IMG/VR virus record: IMGVR_UViG_3300028840_002431
Coordinates: 62,001-126,000 of that record
Reading direction: 5' to 3' (one strand)
Length of the DNA: 64,000 bases
Below are positions 32,682-41,886 of the stretch, piece after piece. Within the stretch, counting starts at the first letter, position 1, and each line of letters begins with the position of its first letter. The notes under the pieces were generated by a model, which saw only the letters and a program-made list of their open reading frames with translations, was not told the origin of the DNA and ran no database searches. Both the position numbers and the translations under genes were made by a program.

Positions 32682-33716
32682 CTAAGTCACCGTGGCGTTG
32701 GCGGTCACGCTCGAATCGCCGTCCATAGTTGAGACGCCATCGTAAGCGACTTCAGCGTCCGCGCCCACAGTGGAGTCACCGGCCATGGTCGGAGCATCAC
32801 CGTACTTCACGGTGGCCCCAGCCGCAACGCTGGAAGCACCAGCCATGGTGGAACTCTCTTCATCGTATATGTCGATGTCCATCGCCGTGGACGAGTCGCC
32901 AGCCATGGTCGAAATCGCGTCAAAGACTACGGACCCGTCCGCACCGACGGTGGAGTCACCGGCCATAGTCGTGTCACCACCCAACACCAGACTGATGTCA
33001 GCGCCGACGGTGGACTCGCCCGGCATATTGGCGTTGCCCTGATGGATCTCTTCTTCTTCGACCACGGCTCCGGGGACGACCTCGAATGTTACAAGCCCGC
33101 CTACCTGGACCTTACCCACAGTGCCTGTGAACTCGGTGAGTCCCAGCCCACTCAAAGTGGTCCCAACATATAACACCGTGGGCGTGAACGGGTCCCACGA
33201 GGCCACGTCTGGATACCAGACCGCAACGTTATTGTTAAATTGGAAAGCCGCCTGATCGTCAGCGTAAACAAGATGATCGGCGTCCCACGCGAACTGGATC
33301 TCGATAGGAGTTCCTTCCAGGATGGGAGGCCCCATCACACCGCTCTTGCCTACAGAGAACCCCATATTGTCCACAATGATGCCGTAAGGGACGTTGTTGG
33401 GGTCCAAAGCCACTCCTAACAGCCGGGTTGGAGGGCTGCCGTCCGTGGTGGCCACCCCCAGAAAAGCCACGGCCTGATTACCACCGGGCGGCCCAGCGGT
33501 GCAGTTGATCCGCATGGTCCCCCGTCGGCCGGTAAGCCTGTACCCTCGTGGGCCAGCTAGTGAGTGTTGACCCACACCACGGGCCATGACAGAGCCACCG
33601 GGCAACTGTTGGGCGACAACGACGCCCCCATAAGTTCCCGGTCCCCCTCTCGGGGTGACTACGCTTACATCCATGATGTAGCCAGCGGGCGAAAGGATGG
33701 AAAATCCGTCTTGCAT
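32682..33716 (-). CDS. putative structural protein, beta-rich with C-terminal ~19-aa repeats
   Basis: About six copies of (S/T)TMAGDS(T/S)VGAD. Confidence 0.7.
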   Translation of the reverse strand: MQDGFSILSPAGYIMDVSVVTPRGGPGTYGGVVVAQQLPGGSVMARGVGQHSLAGPRGYRLTGRRGTMRINCTAGPPGGNQAVAFLGVATTDGSPPTRLLGVALDPNNVPYGIIVDNMGFSVGKSGVMGPPILEGTPIEIQFAWDADHLVYADDQAAFQFNNNVAVWYPDVASWDPFTPTVLYVGTTLSGLGLTEFTGTVGKVQVGGLVTFEVVPGAVVEEEEIHQGNANMPGESTVGADISLVLGGDTTMAGDSTVGADGSVVFDAISTMAGDSSTAMDIDIYDEESSTMAGASSVAAGATVKYGDAPTMAGDSTVGADAEVAYDGVSTMDGDSSVTANATVT

Positions 33717-33756
33717 AACTACTCTTTTCCAAAAGAACTTTTGCGGTTACGTAAGC

Positions 33757-34374
33757 ATGGCCCCTGTGTTCACCGAAGATGTCCAGCAATTGCTCCGTCA
33801 GGCGTCTGACGCCCCCGTGAGCCAGACTTTTAGCTGTGACGTATTCGACGACCCTGAATGGAACGATTTTGTAGAGTTATGGGCACCTCGTATCCATAAA
33901 TTCGTGGAACACGCTCTCGGACCGTACGGGACAGAGCCTAAACCCAATATTCTCAAGGTTAGCGACGGATTCCACTCGTCCGGGGCAAACGCCAGTTTCA
34001 ACATCGTGACAGGGCAAATCAGGCTGGCTAACACCCTAGGAGGCAAGCCGGGCGTACTCTTAGAAAAACTAACTCACGAGATGATTCACGGCTCCCTGTC
34101 CAAATTCCCAGAAGGCGATCCGTTCTATGAGGAGGGTTGGGTCGATTACACTGTCTGGGTCATGGCGCACGCCCCGTGCTGGGAACCTTACAACGAGGAC
34201 ATGCTCGCGGCGGCTTCTAACAACATCAAAGTGCGTCGAGAACGAGCCATGAAAACCAACAGCGATTATGACCGTAAGCGCTGGACGGGCGGCTTCTACG
34301 CCTCCGTGGCCTTCGGCTCCCATATCGTGGCCATGCTCCGAATGAAGAAAGAAGAGGACAATTTAGTATGGTAG
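33757..34374 (+). CDS. zincin-like metallopeptidase
   Basis: LTHEMIHG followed by EEG. Confidence 0.75.
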   Translation: MAPVFTEDVQQLLRQASDAPVSQTFSCDVFDDPEWNDFVELWAPRIHKFVEHALGPYGTEPKPNILKVSDGFHSSGANASFNIVTGQIRLANTLGGKPGVLLEKLTHEMIHGSLSKFPEGDPFYEEGWVDYTVWVMAHAPCWEPYNEDMLAAASNNIKVRRERAMKTNSDYDRKRWTGGFYASVAFGSHIVAMLRMKKEEDNLVW

Positions 34375-34799
34375 ATCCTGACAAAGTCGTCACCCGCTAC
34401 GCTGCCGCCAAGACTAACGATCCCGATCGGGTTAGAAAGCAGATCGACCGGGAGGCAGATAAGGCTCTCCGCGAGGTCGCCAAGGAGTTAGACTGGAAAC
34501 TCAAAAAGACCGGTTGGGGCAGAGACGGCGACGAGTGGGAAGCACATCTGAAGGATCTCGACTTCACCTGTAAGATATTCATTTTCATGATCGAAGAGGA
34601 CGACGACGAGTTTCAATACTCGTTTATGACAGAGATGCGCGGCCAGCGAAGAGAAAAGGCCAGGGCCGTGCAATATGTCTTGCAGAAGAAGCTCAAGGAG
34701 GGAGACGTTTGGGAGGACCCCGACAAATTCCTCCGGTTCATAAAATACGAATTGGCGGACGCCTTTATCGAAGCCTCGGAAGCGTCTGAGTACGATTAA
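34368..34799 (+). CDS. hypothetical protein (VxxRYAAA tag)
   Basis: MVDPDKVVTRYAAA. Confidence 0.7.
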   Translation: MVDPDKVVTRYAAAKTNDPDRVRKQIDREADKALREVAKELDWKLKKTGWGRDGDEWEAHLKDLDFTCKIFIFMIEEDDDEFQYSFMTEMRGQRREKARAVQYVLQKKLKEGDVWEDPDKFLRFIKYELADAFIEASEASEYD

Positions 34800-35332
34800 G
34801 CCCCGTCGGCCAACTCGGCCAACTCGAAGGGTGTCATCTGGGCCGAGAAAACTGTTTCGCTTCCGTCGGGCTTGGCGTCACACCCGGCCAGGAAAGCCCT
34901 CCATTGCCGGTCCGGTGGTTCGAATCCTAACACCCCAGCCCTGTAGACCCACACCCTGACCACGGGTATTGTGACTTTTGCGAACAGGTAGGCCAGCTTT
35001 CTTCTGTCAATGAGGGTACCCAGGAGAACCCCCTGGTACTCGACCAGCACCTCCCCGGACGGGATCAAAGCCAGGGGCGGAGTCCCGGCCCATTCCTTGA
35101 TCCTCGTCAAATCTAGCTCGGTTGGGTCGGCGGCCGGTTGCGTCAGCATCTCTTCCAGGTCCTCGTGGTACTCCTTACTCGCCTTGGCCCCCGCCGTTTT
35201 TACAGCCAAGAGTACGTGACCGTCCGTAGCCACAGACCATGTGGTACGACCCAACTTGAGAGAAAACGGGAGCGCGTGCCACCTCTCCGTACCCATCGAA
35301 AAACGCATAAGCTGTGAAAGTAAAGCACTCAT
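34796..35332 (-). CDS. hypothetical protein
   Basis: 178 aa, VATDGH resembles sliding-clamp-like segments. Confidence 0.6.
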   Translation of the reverse strand: MSALLSQLMRFSMGTERWHALPFSLKLGRTTWSVATDGHVLLAVKTAGAKASKEYHEDLEEMLTQPAADPTELDLTRIKEWAGTPPLALIPSGEVLVEYQGVLLGTLIDRRKLAYLFAKVTIPVVRVWVYRAGVLGFEPPDRQWRAFLAGCDAKPDGSETVFSAQMTPFELAELADGA

Positions 35333-35359
35333 TTGAAATTGTTATATGGAGGAGTAATT

Positions 35360-35548
35360 ATGGACCCGACCGAATCTCTTAACATCATACTCAACGGCTT
35401 GGAAGCGCTACAAGATCACCCGGACGACCAGGATCTGAAATCGGACATAGCCGGGCATCTTACGAATCTAGCCGAATGGTTGGCCAGGGGAGGCGCGGGA
35501 CCCGACGCCGAAGAGGCGTTCAGGAAAGCAGGGTATGTCCAGGGTTAG
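35360..35548 (+). CDS. small hypothetical protein
   Basis: GGAG RBS, MDPTESL..LAEWLARGG. Confidence 0.6.
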   Translation: MDPTESLNIILNGLEALQDHPDDQDLKSDIAGHLTNLAEWLARGGAGPDAEEAFRKAGYVQG

Positions 35549-35940
35549 GTGTGGGGTAACGTCTTGATTTCCGATATCTCGTCCGTCAACTGTATCTGGT
35601 AGGGCGTGCTACCGACCAGCCTACTCAATATATCCCTCCGTTCTCGGATCTCCTGTGTGACAATGGCCTCTGTTAGCTTTCCCTTCTTGGAAAGTTCGCG
35701 CAATGTCTCGATCGATAACATATTAGACTCCTCTACGATCATGCGGGCCGCGAGTTTCTGACGCTCGAAAACCTCTCCCAGACGTAACCGGCCGATTTCC
35801 TCAATCTCCCCGGACAATATAGAAGGATATAACCCGCCTACCATTTGCTTCATCAGTTCTATGCGTTCCTGGATTTCGCCGTCAGCAACATCGATTAGCT
35901 CCTGAGTGCCAAGCTCGCGCAACTTCTCAATGGTCCTCAC
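35545..35940 (-). CDS. hypothetical protein with internal duplication
   Basis: IEKLRELG..EIQER repeated as IETLRELS..EIRER. Confidence 0.6.
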   Translation of the reverse strand: MRTIEKLRELGTQELIDVADGEIQERIELMKQMVGGLYPSILSGEIEEIGRLRLGEVFERQKLAARMIVEESNMLSIETLRELSKKGKLTEAIVTQEIRERRDILSRLVGSTPYQIQLTDEISEIKTLPHT

Positions 35941-36656
35941 CGTTCCTCCTGAGGCAATTCTTCCACGAGGCGCATAACTTCTTGTGCAACTTCTAACTCC
36001 CGGAGCCTTTCCCGGAGCTTAGGTGAGTGGGCTTGGATCGCTGGCATGGGGCCTTCTGACTCCAACCCCCACGCATCCCAGCCCCTGTATTGGAACCGGG
36101 CAAACAATTCGATACGAGGGATGTCTCCGAACAACTCCTCGATACGTTCCCTGGCCTCCGGAGGCTTCTCGGAATGCCGGGGCGGCCTAGGGGCGAAGAT
36201 CAGTTGTCCCTGGCTCTCCGTTTCGAGAGGCAACGTCCGCCCCTTTGCCTCAGTGGACCCTATAATAACCAACTCCGACTCTTCGGGAGGCTCCGTCGAA
36301 CCAACGATTACCAGTTCCGTTGTCGGCTTGACGAAGGAGGGTCTGACCCCCTGTCCTTTAATTATACGCCCGTCCTTCGTGGTCTTGATCCAGATGTAAC
36401 CAATACCACGATAGAAGAAGTCCCACATCCGCAGTAGGTCCACGGCTTCGTCCAGCTTGGGGCCGGTCGCCCACATGAAGATAACACCAGGAGGATCGAT
36501 AAGGCTGTGAACCGGGAGCTTCACAAGCTCGTCGAAGGGCATCATATTGAAGTGCTTGCCCGCCGCCTGATCCTTGTCCGGGTCTCCATAGTAATCCCAC
36601 GGAGGGTCCAGGTATATGAGCTTATAACGCCCGGCGAGCGACGCGAGTTCAATCAT
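35937..36656 (-). CDS. MT-A70 family adenine methyltransferase
   Basis: LIYLDPPW, HSEKP, RIELFAR, GWDAWG. Confidence 0.92.
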   Translation of the reverse strand: MIELASLAGRYKLIYLDPPWDYYGDPDKDQAAGKHFNMMPFDELVKLPVHSLIDPPGVIFMWATGPKLDEAVDLLRMWDFFYRGIGYIWIKTTKDGRIIKGQGVRPSFVKPTTELVIVGSTEPPEESELVIIGSTEAKGRTLPLETESQGQLIFAPRPPRHSEKPPEARERIEELFGDIPRIELFARFQYRGWDAWGLESEGPMPAIQAHSPKLRERLRELEVAQEVMRLVEELPQEER

Positions 36657-38142
36657 CTTGTTCCAAGTCGAACATCAATTCAAAAGCCTCTCGCTGAGAG
36701 GCTTCGTCGGCTTTGGTTTCCAGTTCCGGCTTCAAGGCCAACAAGCGTTTCCTCGCCAGCGCATGAGATTCTGGGTCCTTCTCGATACCTATGAAGTTAC
36801 ACCTAGAAGCGATGGCCGCCGCACACGTTGTCCCGGTTCCGCAGTAAGGGTCCAACACAACACCATCTACAGGGGTCACGAGTTTGACAAGCCACTCCAT
36901 GAGCTTCAACGGCTTCATGGTCGGGTGTTTGTTGTCTTCGTCGCCGGGCAACCATCCCCCACGCTCGCGTTTATTCACCTTAGCCGCGTACAGGAACGGC
37001 TCCTCAGGCTGGAACTGGCCGAAGTAATGAGGAGAGTCGGATTTCTGACGCTCCAACGCCTTGGCAGGGCACCCCTCCGCACACCTGTAGATAGGAAGCT
37101 CCTCCATGCCTTCGACGTCGCCGCGATGCTCAGAACTGTACGGATGCCCCGCTCCATCTCCAAACGGCTTCATGCCATCGTCAAAGCGGTTGATAACCGG
37201 AGCCTGTACTTTCTTATACCCTACGATCTTACAGCCGTCCGCATGTGTGACAACAAGGTTGGATGGCCAGCGCCCCTGATCCGTAAACGTAGCCCCAGTG
37301 CCGCGCCTGTAACCGGACCCGCCTTGTCCAACTCCCCACCCCTTTCCGTTTCTTACAGTACGAACTCCAGCCGTCGCTTGTCTTCGTCCGCTTGTTATTC
37401 TAGTGGCATCTATGTTGTATGCTCCGGTGCCGTGCGCCAATACATTGGAAGCCACCGTTGATTCTTCCAAAGGTTTCCGAAAAACGAGTATAGGCTCCCA
37501 CGATGGCTTGAGTGCCGTACCCCAACCCTCCCACGCCCATGCTTCTTTCGTCGCAGGGACTGTGATTGGAGCCTTGGACCAATCCATACGGTCACGCTCG
37601 TCGTGTCGCCCTTCTATCTCCCTCCAATTCTCGCTGATGGCGGCCGACGTACGCTTCTTCCCGTCGTATCTACCCCTAGGATCGTAGGTGCCCACCACCT
37701 GTCGTTTGGCCCCGGCCTCCTCATCGATGGCTTTTGATATATTACGGGACTTGGGGAAGCCTTGTCCGTAGACCCATTGCAGAACCGTACAGGCGAATTG
37801 CGAGGCCACTGTGTCCCGGTTCTCGAACCCAGCGGCTCTGATCCCCAAGGAGATGAGGTCAGAAGTCCGGGTCCCGCCAAAACTCAACAGGTGGCCGCCC
37901 GGTTTCAACACCCGGAAACACTCTTTCCACACGGAAACAGACGGGATGTGCCAGTCCCGGCCCATGAAATCCCCACCCGTATCGAGGTCGGAGTCTCCTG
38001 AGAGATAGGCTATAATCTCGTCGATTCCCGGTTCCCGGTCGCCAAGACCGTAAGGAGGATCGGTGACAATAGAGTCCACGGAAGCGTCCGGCAGCGTCCG
38101 GAGAACCTCTAGACACGTCCCCAGTAGAATCGAGTTCAACAC
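36649..38142 (-). CDS. N4/N6 DNA methyltransferase (beta class)
   Basis: VTDPPYG, HPTMKP, VLDPYCGTGTT. Confidence 0.93.
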   Translation of the reverse strand: MLNSILLGTCLEVLRTLPDASVDSIVTDPPYGLGDREPGIDEIIAYLSGDSDLDTGGDFMGRDWHIPSVSVWKECFRVLKPGGHLLSFGGTRTSDLISLGIRAAGFENRDTVASQFACTVLQWVYGQGFPKSRNISKAIDEEAGAKRQVVGTYDPRGRYDGKKRTSAAISENWREIEGRHDERDRMDWSKAPITVPATKEAWAWEGWGTALKPSWEPILVFRKPLEESTVASNVLAHGTGAYNIDATRITSGRRQATAGVRTVRNGKGWGVGQGGSGYRRGTGATFTDQGRWPSNLVVTHADGCKIVGYKKVQAPVINRFDDGMKPFGDGAGHPYSSEHRGDVEGMEELPIYRCAEGCPAKALERQKSDSPHYFGQFQPEEPFLYAAKVNKRERGGWLPGDEDNKHPTMKPLKLMEWLVKLVTPVDGVVLDPYCGTGTTCAAAIASRCNFIGIEKDPESHALARKRLLALKPELETKADEASQREAFELMFDLEQDD

Positions 38143-38151
38143 TCGACCAGA

Positions 38152-38970
38152 CTACACTGAAATCGGAAAGTCCTTGAAGCTTTTCTGCAACAGGGCGTTG
38201 ATCTTGGGCTTGTAGGTCATACCCCAGGACGCCTCTGTCAAGGGCTTGCCTTGCCGTGTGTAAGGGTCCGTCAGCTTGGACTCTATACCACGAGCAACGT
38301 CACCTATAATCTCACGGTCCGAATAACCCTCGATCAGAGATAGCTTTATGTAGAGAAGAGCGTCCGGATGGATGGCCTTCAATCTGGACTTGAGTCGGGG
38401 TAGTTGCCGCATGAGTTCTCGTTCGGCCGTCTCTTCATCGAACACCGGTATCTCGTGTCGGCGCTCCTGCCCCTGGCTGAAATAAACATCGCTGGTTTCC
38501 TTCTTCTTCCGAATGTAATTCTTGGTGTTCCACTCCAGCTTGTTCATCACGTACCGCTCGGCACTCCTGCGGGAGTATGATTCCTTCAAGGCGTCAGAAC
38601 CGCCGCCTAAGAAGTCCACCAGAAAATCGAGCATGACTTGTTCAGTCACCTGGGGTCCCTGGTGGAACTTGGACATGAGCTTCCGAAAAACCGACTTGCC
38701 ATACTCGCGCCCGTACCCACGTGGCAGGTAATTCGCGATCGGTTTCCGGGTAGCATCGAACTCAGAGGCTGGCTCCCCGTTGATATCAGGCATCCCATCC
38801 GTGATACCGTGGGCCAAGAATTCCCCGTAGATGGTCTTCCCAAACGCCTCTGTGGTGCTGACGGCCATACGAGAGAAGAAGTCTGCCAGCCGTACCGAAA
38901 AGGGCAAGGAGGCCCAGATCTGGCGGCGTAACGACCCCGAAGCCTGGATCAGGTGAGCAACTCGGTTCAT
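38152..38970 (-). CDS. putative divergent sigma-factor-like protein
   Basis: RYVMNKLEWNTKNYIRKK (region 2-like), LSLIEGYSDREI (region 4-like). Confidence 0.45.
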   Translation of the reverse strand: MNRVAHLIQASGSLRRQIWASLPFSVRLADFFSRMAVSTTEAFGKTIYGEFLAHGITDGMPDINGEPASEFDATRKPIANYLPRGYGREYGKSVFRKLMSKFHQGPQVTEQVMLDFLVDFLGGGSDALKESYSRRSAERYVMNKLEWNTKNYIRKKKETSDVYFSQGQERRHEIPVFDEETAERELMRQLPRLKSRLKAIHPDALLYIKLSLIEGYSDREIIGDVARGIESKLTDPYTRQGKPLTEASWGMTYKPKINALLQKSFKDFPISV

Positions 38971-38997
38971 CTCACCCGAAGCATACTAACAAAAGAA

Positions 38998-39957
38998 CTA
39001 ACTAAATTCGCGGGCTAACGGTCGCACCGTATCGATTACCGACTTACAGACCTTGGGCGGAAGCTCGGTATTTCTAAGGGCTTGCATAAGGGAAGCCCCG
39101 TTCTCCAACGACGTGAAGACCTTTGATTCGGTCTCCTTCACAGGCTTACAACCTTCCAGGCCGACCATGTGCTCGTGCAAGGTGTTAGAAAGCATCTGAC
39201 GAGCCTCGTCAAGGGCGATCATGGTGTCAGCGTTTGCCGACTTATCGGGAAGGGTTGACTCCCAAGCCGGTGCCTCCTCGTTACGCTTGTAAGCCGGGGG
39301 CGTGTACGGACGTTCCTTGTGCCGTCGCTCCTGGGTCCGACAGAAATTCGCGTAATGGTTCAAAACAGCCATAACCAGATAATTCTGGAACTGGGCCTTG
39401 GTCGGCTTCACCTCCGGGAACTTGAGATAACCCTCAGGACGACTTTCTCCTACAACAACTCCGTCCTGGACATCACGGCCCATCTTCCGAAAGGTTTTCT
39501 CTTCCAGAGTCAGTCGAATCACATCCTCGAAAGCGACCAGCGCGGTCTTAGCGTTGTAGCCAAACAGGCCCTGGACCTGGAATTCCATCAAGTTGATCGG
39601 AGTGGGCATCCAGTGGCCCCTCTTCCGGGGACCCGGCTTACGGGTCCCGTCCTTTCGCTTCCGTGGTTGGCCTTTGTGGTAGGACCACATAGCCGATTCC
39701 CACTGTTGCCAGGAAACCCCCAGGAAATCACAGGCTTGCGTAGCCGATAAAACCTTCGGGGTCTGGCGTTGTATTTTTGCCTCGAATCGGAGAAGGAGCC
39801 GGGCTTCTATCAGCTTCATCCAGATGTACGAATGCAAGTCCTCGAAGTTTCTCTCGATCTTGTTTGCCTTGAGAAGCACCGAATAGATAAGGCGTCCGTA
39901 CTGCCGTTCCAACTCATCGTAATTCTTGGGTATAACTGACACGTGTGACGATGGCAT
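38998..39957 (-). CDS. putative divergent sigma-factor-like protein with insertion
   Basis: YDELERQYGRLIY..FEDLHSYIWMKL and FQNYLVMAVLNHYANFCR resemble ECF regions 2.1-2.4. Confidence 0.55.
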   Translation of the reverse strand: MPSSHVSVIPKNYDELERQYGRLIYSVLLKANKIERNFEDLHSYIWMKLIEARLLLRFEAKIQRQTPKVLSATQACDFLGVSWQQWESAMWSYHKGQPRKRKDGTRKPGPRKRGHWMPTPINLMEFQVQGLFGYNAKTALVAFEDVIRLTLEEKTFRKMGRDVQDGVVVGESRPEGYLKFPEVKPTKAQFQNYLVMAVLNHYANFCRTQERRHKERPYTPPAYKRNEEAPAWESTLPDKSANADTMIALDEARQMLSNTLHEHMVGLEGCKPVKETESKVFTSLENGASLMQALRNTELPPKVCKSVIDTVRPLAREFS

Positions 39958-40562
39958 CAGTGGGGTCCCCGGTATATGGCTCGCTAGAAACGAGGTAAAG
40001 GTTTAAACAATTGAAATGTAGCGGTGAATCAGTAGGACTACCTCAGGCGTTGGTTAGTCGTCAATAAATAAAATCGGTTGGTACACGATTTTTTGTGGTT
40101 AGATAGGAAAAATAAATTGATACGTTTTAATCTGTCTATGAATTCTTGTGTGACTTTGGTTGGTTAAAGGTTAAACAGCTTTTTGGGTTTAGGTTTTAGT
40201 TTTCGGTTTATTGGAGTCTCTGGTTTCAGTCCGTCATCGACGATGTCGATGGGAAGATCTTTTAGCTCAACTCGATCTTCTCGTTACCTACTTCGCTGGA
40301 TACTGGACTGGAAAGAGTTGATTTCCCTAAGTATCCCTCCGCCGACCACCCTTCCGTCTGCAACCCACTTCTACCGGTGACGAAAAGACGATCGGAGCAT
40401 CCAACCTCTGATAGGTTGGCCAGAGCAGTTGGCCTTGTTCACCCTCCTAGGCTGCCTTAAGAGAGCGCCCTGCAAAGCAGGTATGGGGGCCTGAGGACGC
40501 CAAACCCATGCGGGTCAAACGGTTATACACCACGTTCCTGTCCGGTGGTGTAAAAAGGAAAC

Positions 40563-40877
40563 ATGGGAAACACTTTTTTCGTGCTGACCGACCTCTCCGA
40601 CTTCCGCGTCCAGGTTGGCGACTACGATTTCCTCCGGATAGGAGACAAGATAAGTCTGCGTTTTCGGCTGGAAAGAATGCACGACGGCCGTAGAGAAATG
40701 GCCGACGTAGACGGCGAGTTCCGTGTAGCGGCCGTGCAGATCGCCCACGGTCCAACAGGGTCCCGGCAGATCGCCCAGATCGCCGCTATCAACAAGCCCC
40801 CGTTCTGGAAAGCTATCAAGCTTTTGCCGCCCCGCGTTCTCCCCCCGGCACGCTTTCCCCCAACAGAAGTGAAGTAG
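40563..40877 (+). CDS. hypothetical protein
   Basis: GGTGTA-N10-ATG. Confidence 0.65.
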   Translation: MGNTFFVLTDLSDFRVQVGDYDFLRIGDKISLRFRLERMHDGRREMADVDGEFRVAAVQIAHGPTGSRQIAQIAAINKPPFWKAIKLLPPRVLPPARFPPTEVK

Positions 40878-41177
40878 CTCTATATGTTGGGCGTCCGTCC
40901 ACCGGCTCTCCACGACAGGCTGTGCCTTCCGCGACGAGGGTGTCTACAGCGAAGGCCAGATTTGCTTTGACCGGGTCCTCGTGAAACCACTCAACGTGAA
41001 GTCGGCCGGTGGCGGTGATGACCTTGTTCTCTCGCAGCCGTCGATAAATCGTCCGGCAGAACTCCCGGTTCAGTCCGGTGGCCTTCGCGATCTTGTCGGC
41101 GTTGGTGGTCTGGCAGTAGAACATGGCCAGCATCGCCCGGCCGACCACTCTCCCGTCCCCAACGATCCGTAAATCGT

Positions 41178-41648
41178 TTAGAGTTTGTTCAATCTCTCGT
41201 TCAGACTTGAGATCAATTCGAGGTATTTGCGGACGACGTTTTCGGCCGTCTTTTCGGTTCGCCATCTTCTGAACGGACTCGGCTCGGGCACCTTGGGCAA
41301 TTTCAGAGGCGGGACGGGCGGCACAGGCTTGGGCGGCACAGGCGGTTTCTCTGGTACCGGGGGGCGGATGGGCGCTGGCGGCGGGTCCACTGGAATCCTG
41401 GCCCTCTCTGGCTTCTGAGGGTACCGTGGCGGCTTCGGCTTCCCCCTCCATTGAGGTTCGCCCACCTCGTTCGGGCGGAGCTTCTGGAAGCGTTCTGGCT
41501 GTTCCTTGAGCGTTTCCGGCAGGACGTAGACGGTCCGACCCGTCTCCCGGTTCTTCACGGGGATCTCTTCGGCCCAGCGAGCCAGGACACGGTGAAGAAG
41601 ATCGCTCACCCTTACGTGAATCCATAAGAAGATGCTACACCGGGCCAC
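41178..41648 (-). CDS. proline-rich hypothetical protein
   Basis: PPVP repeats, RVLARWA and VVRKYL tags, start probably later. Confidence 0.6.
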   Translation of the reverse strand: MARCSIFLWIHVRVSDLLHRVLARWAEEIPVKNRETGRTVYVLPETLKEQPERFQKLRPNEVGEPQWRGKPKPPRYPQKPERARIPVDPPPAPIRPPVPEKPPVPPKPVPPVPPLKLPKVPEPSPFRRWRTEKTAENVVRKYLELISSLNERLNKL

Positions 41649-41650
41649 TT

Positions 41651-41686
41651 AAAAGGCAAACGGTCCTCATACTCGGAGGACCGTTT
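41651..41686 (-). terminator. intrinsic terminator
   Basis: AAACGGTCCTC/GAGGACCGTTT then GCCTTTT. Confidence 0.65.
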
Positions 41687-41886
41687 ACGCACACTGTATG
41701 ATTTGGTTGGCCCTTTCTCGGGTGACGCTCCTCACAGAAAGGGCGGTTCGCTCTCGTAGCGGTCGATGACAATGTTCGCAGTGTGCGCGACAGCCGTATC
41801 TCGCTCGACGGTCCCCGGAGGAAAGATACAAACCAATATCAGCGGTGCCGGTACTGGTTCGATCGTCATTGGGGTGAAGAGCATCA

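Noticed and set aside
40816-41625. 269-aa ORF as one gene
   Set aside because: Its 5' two-thirds overlap the Pro-rich ORF in another frame. Only the last ~115 codons (HTH-like) look coding and the start is unclear.
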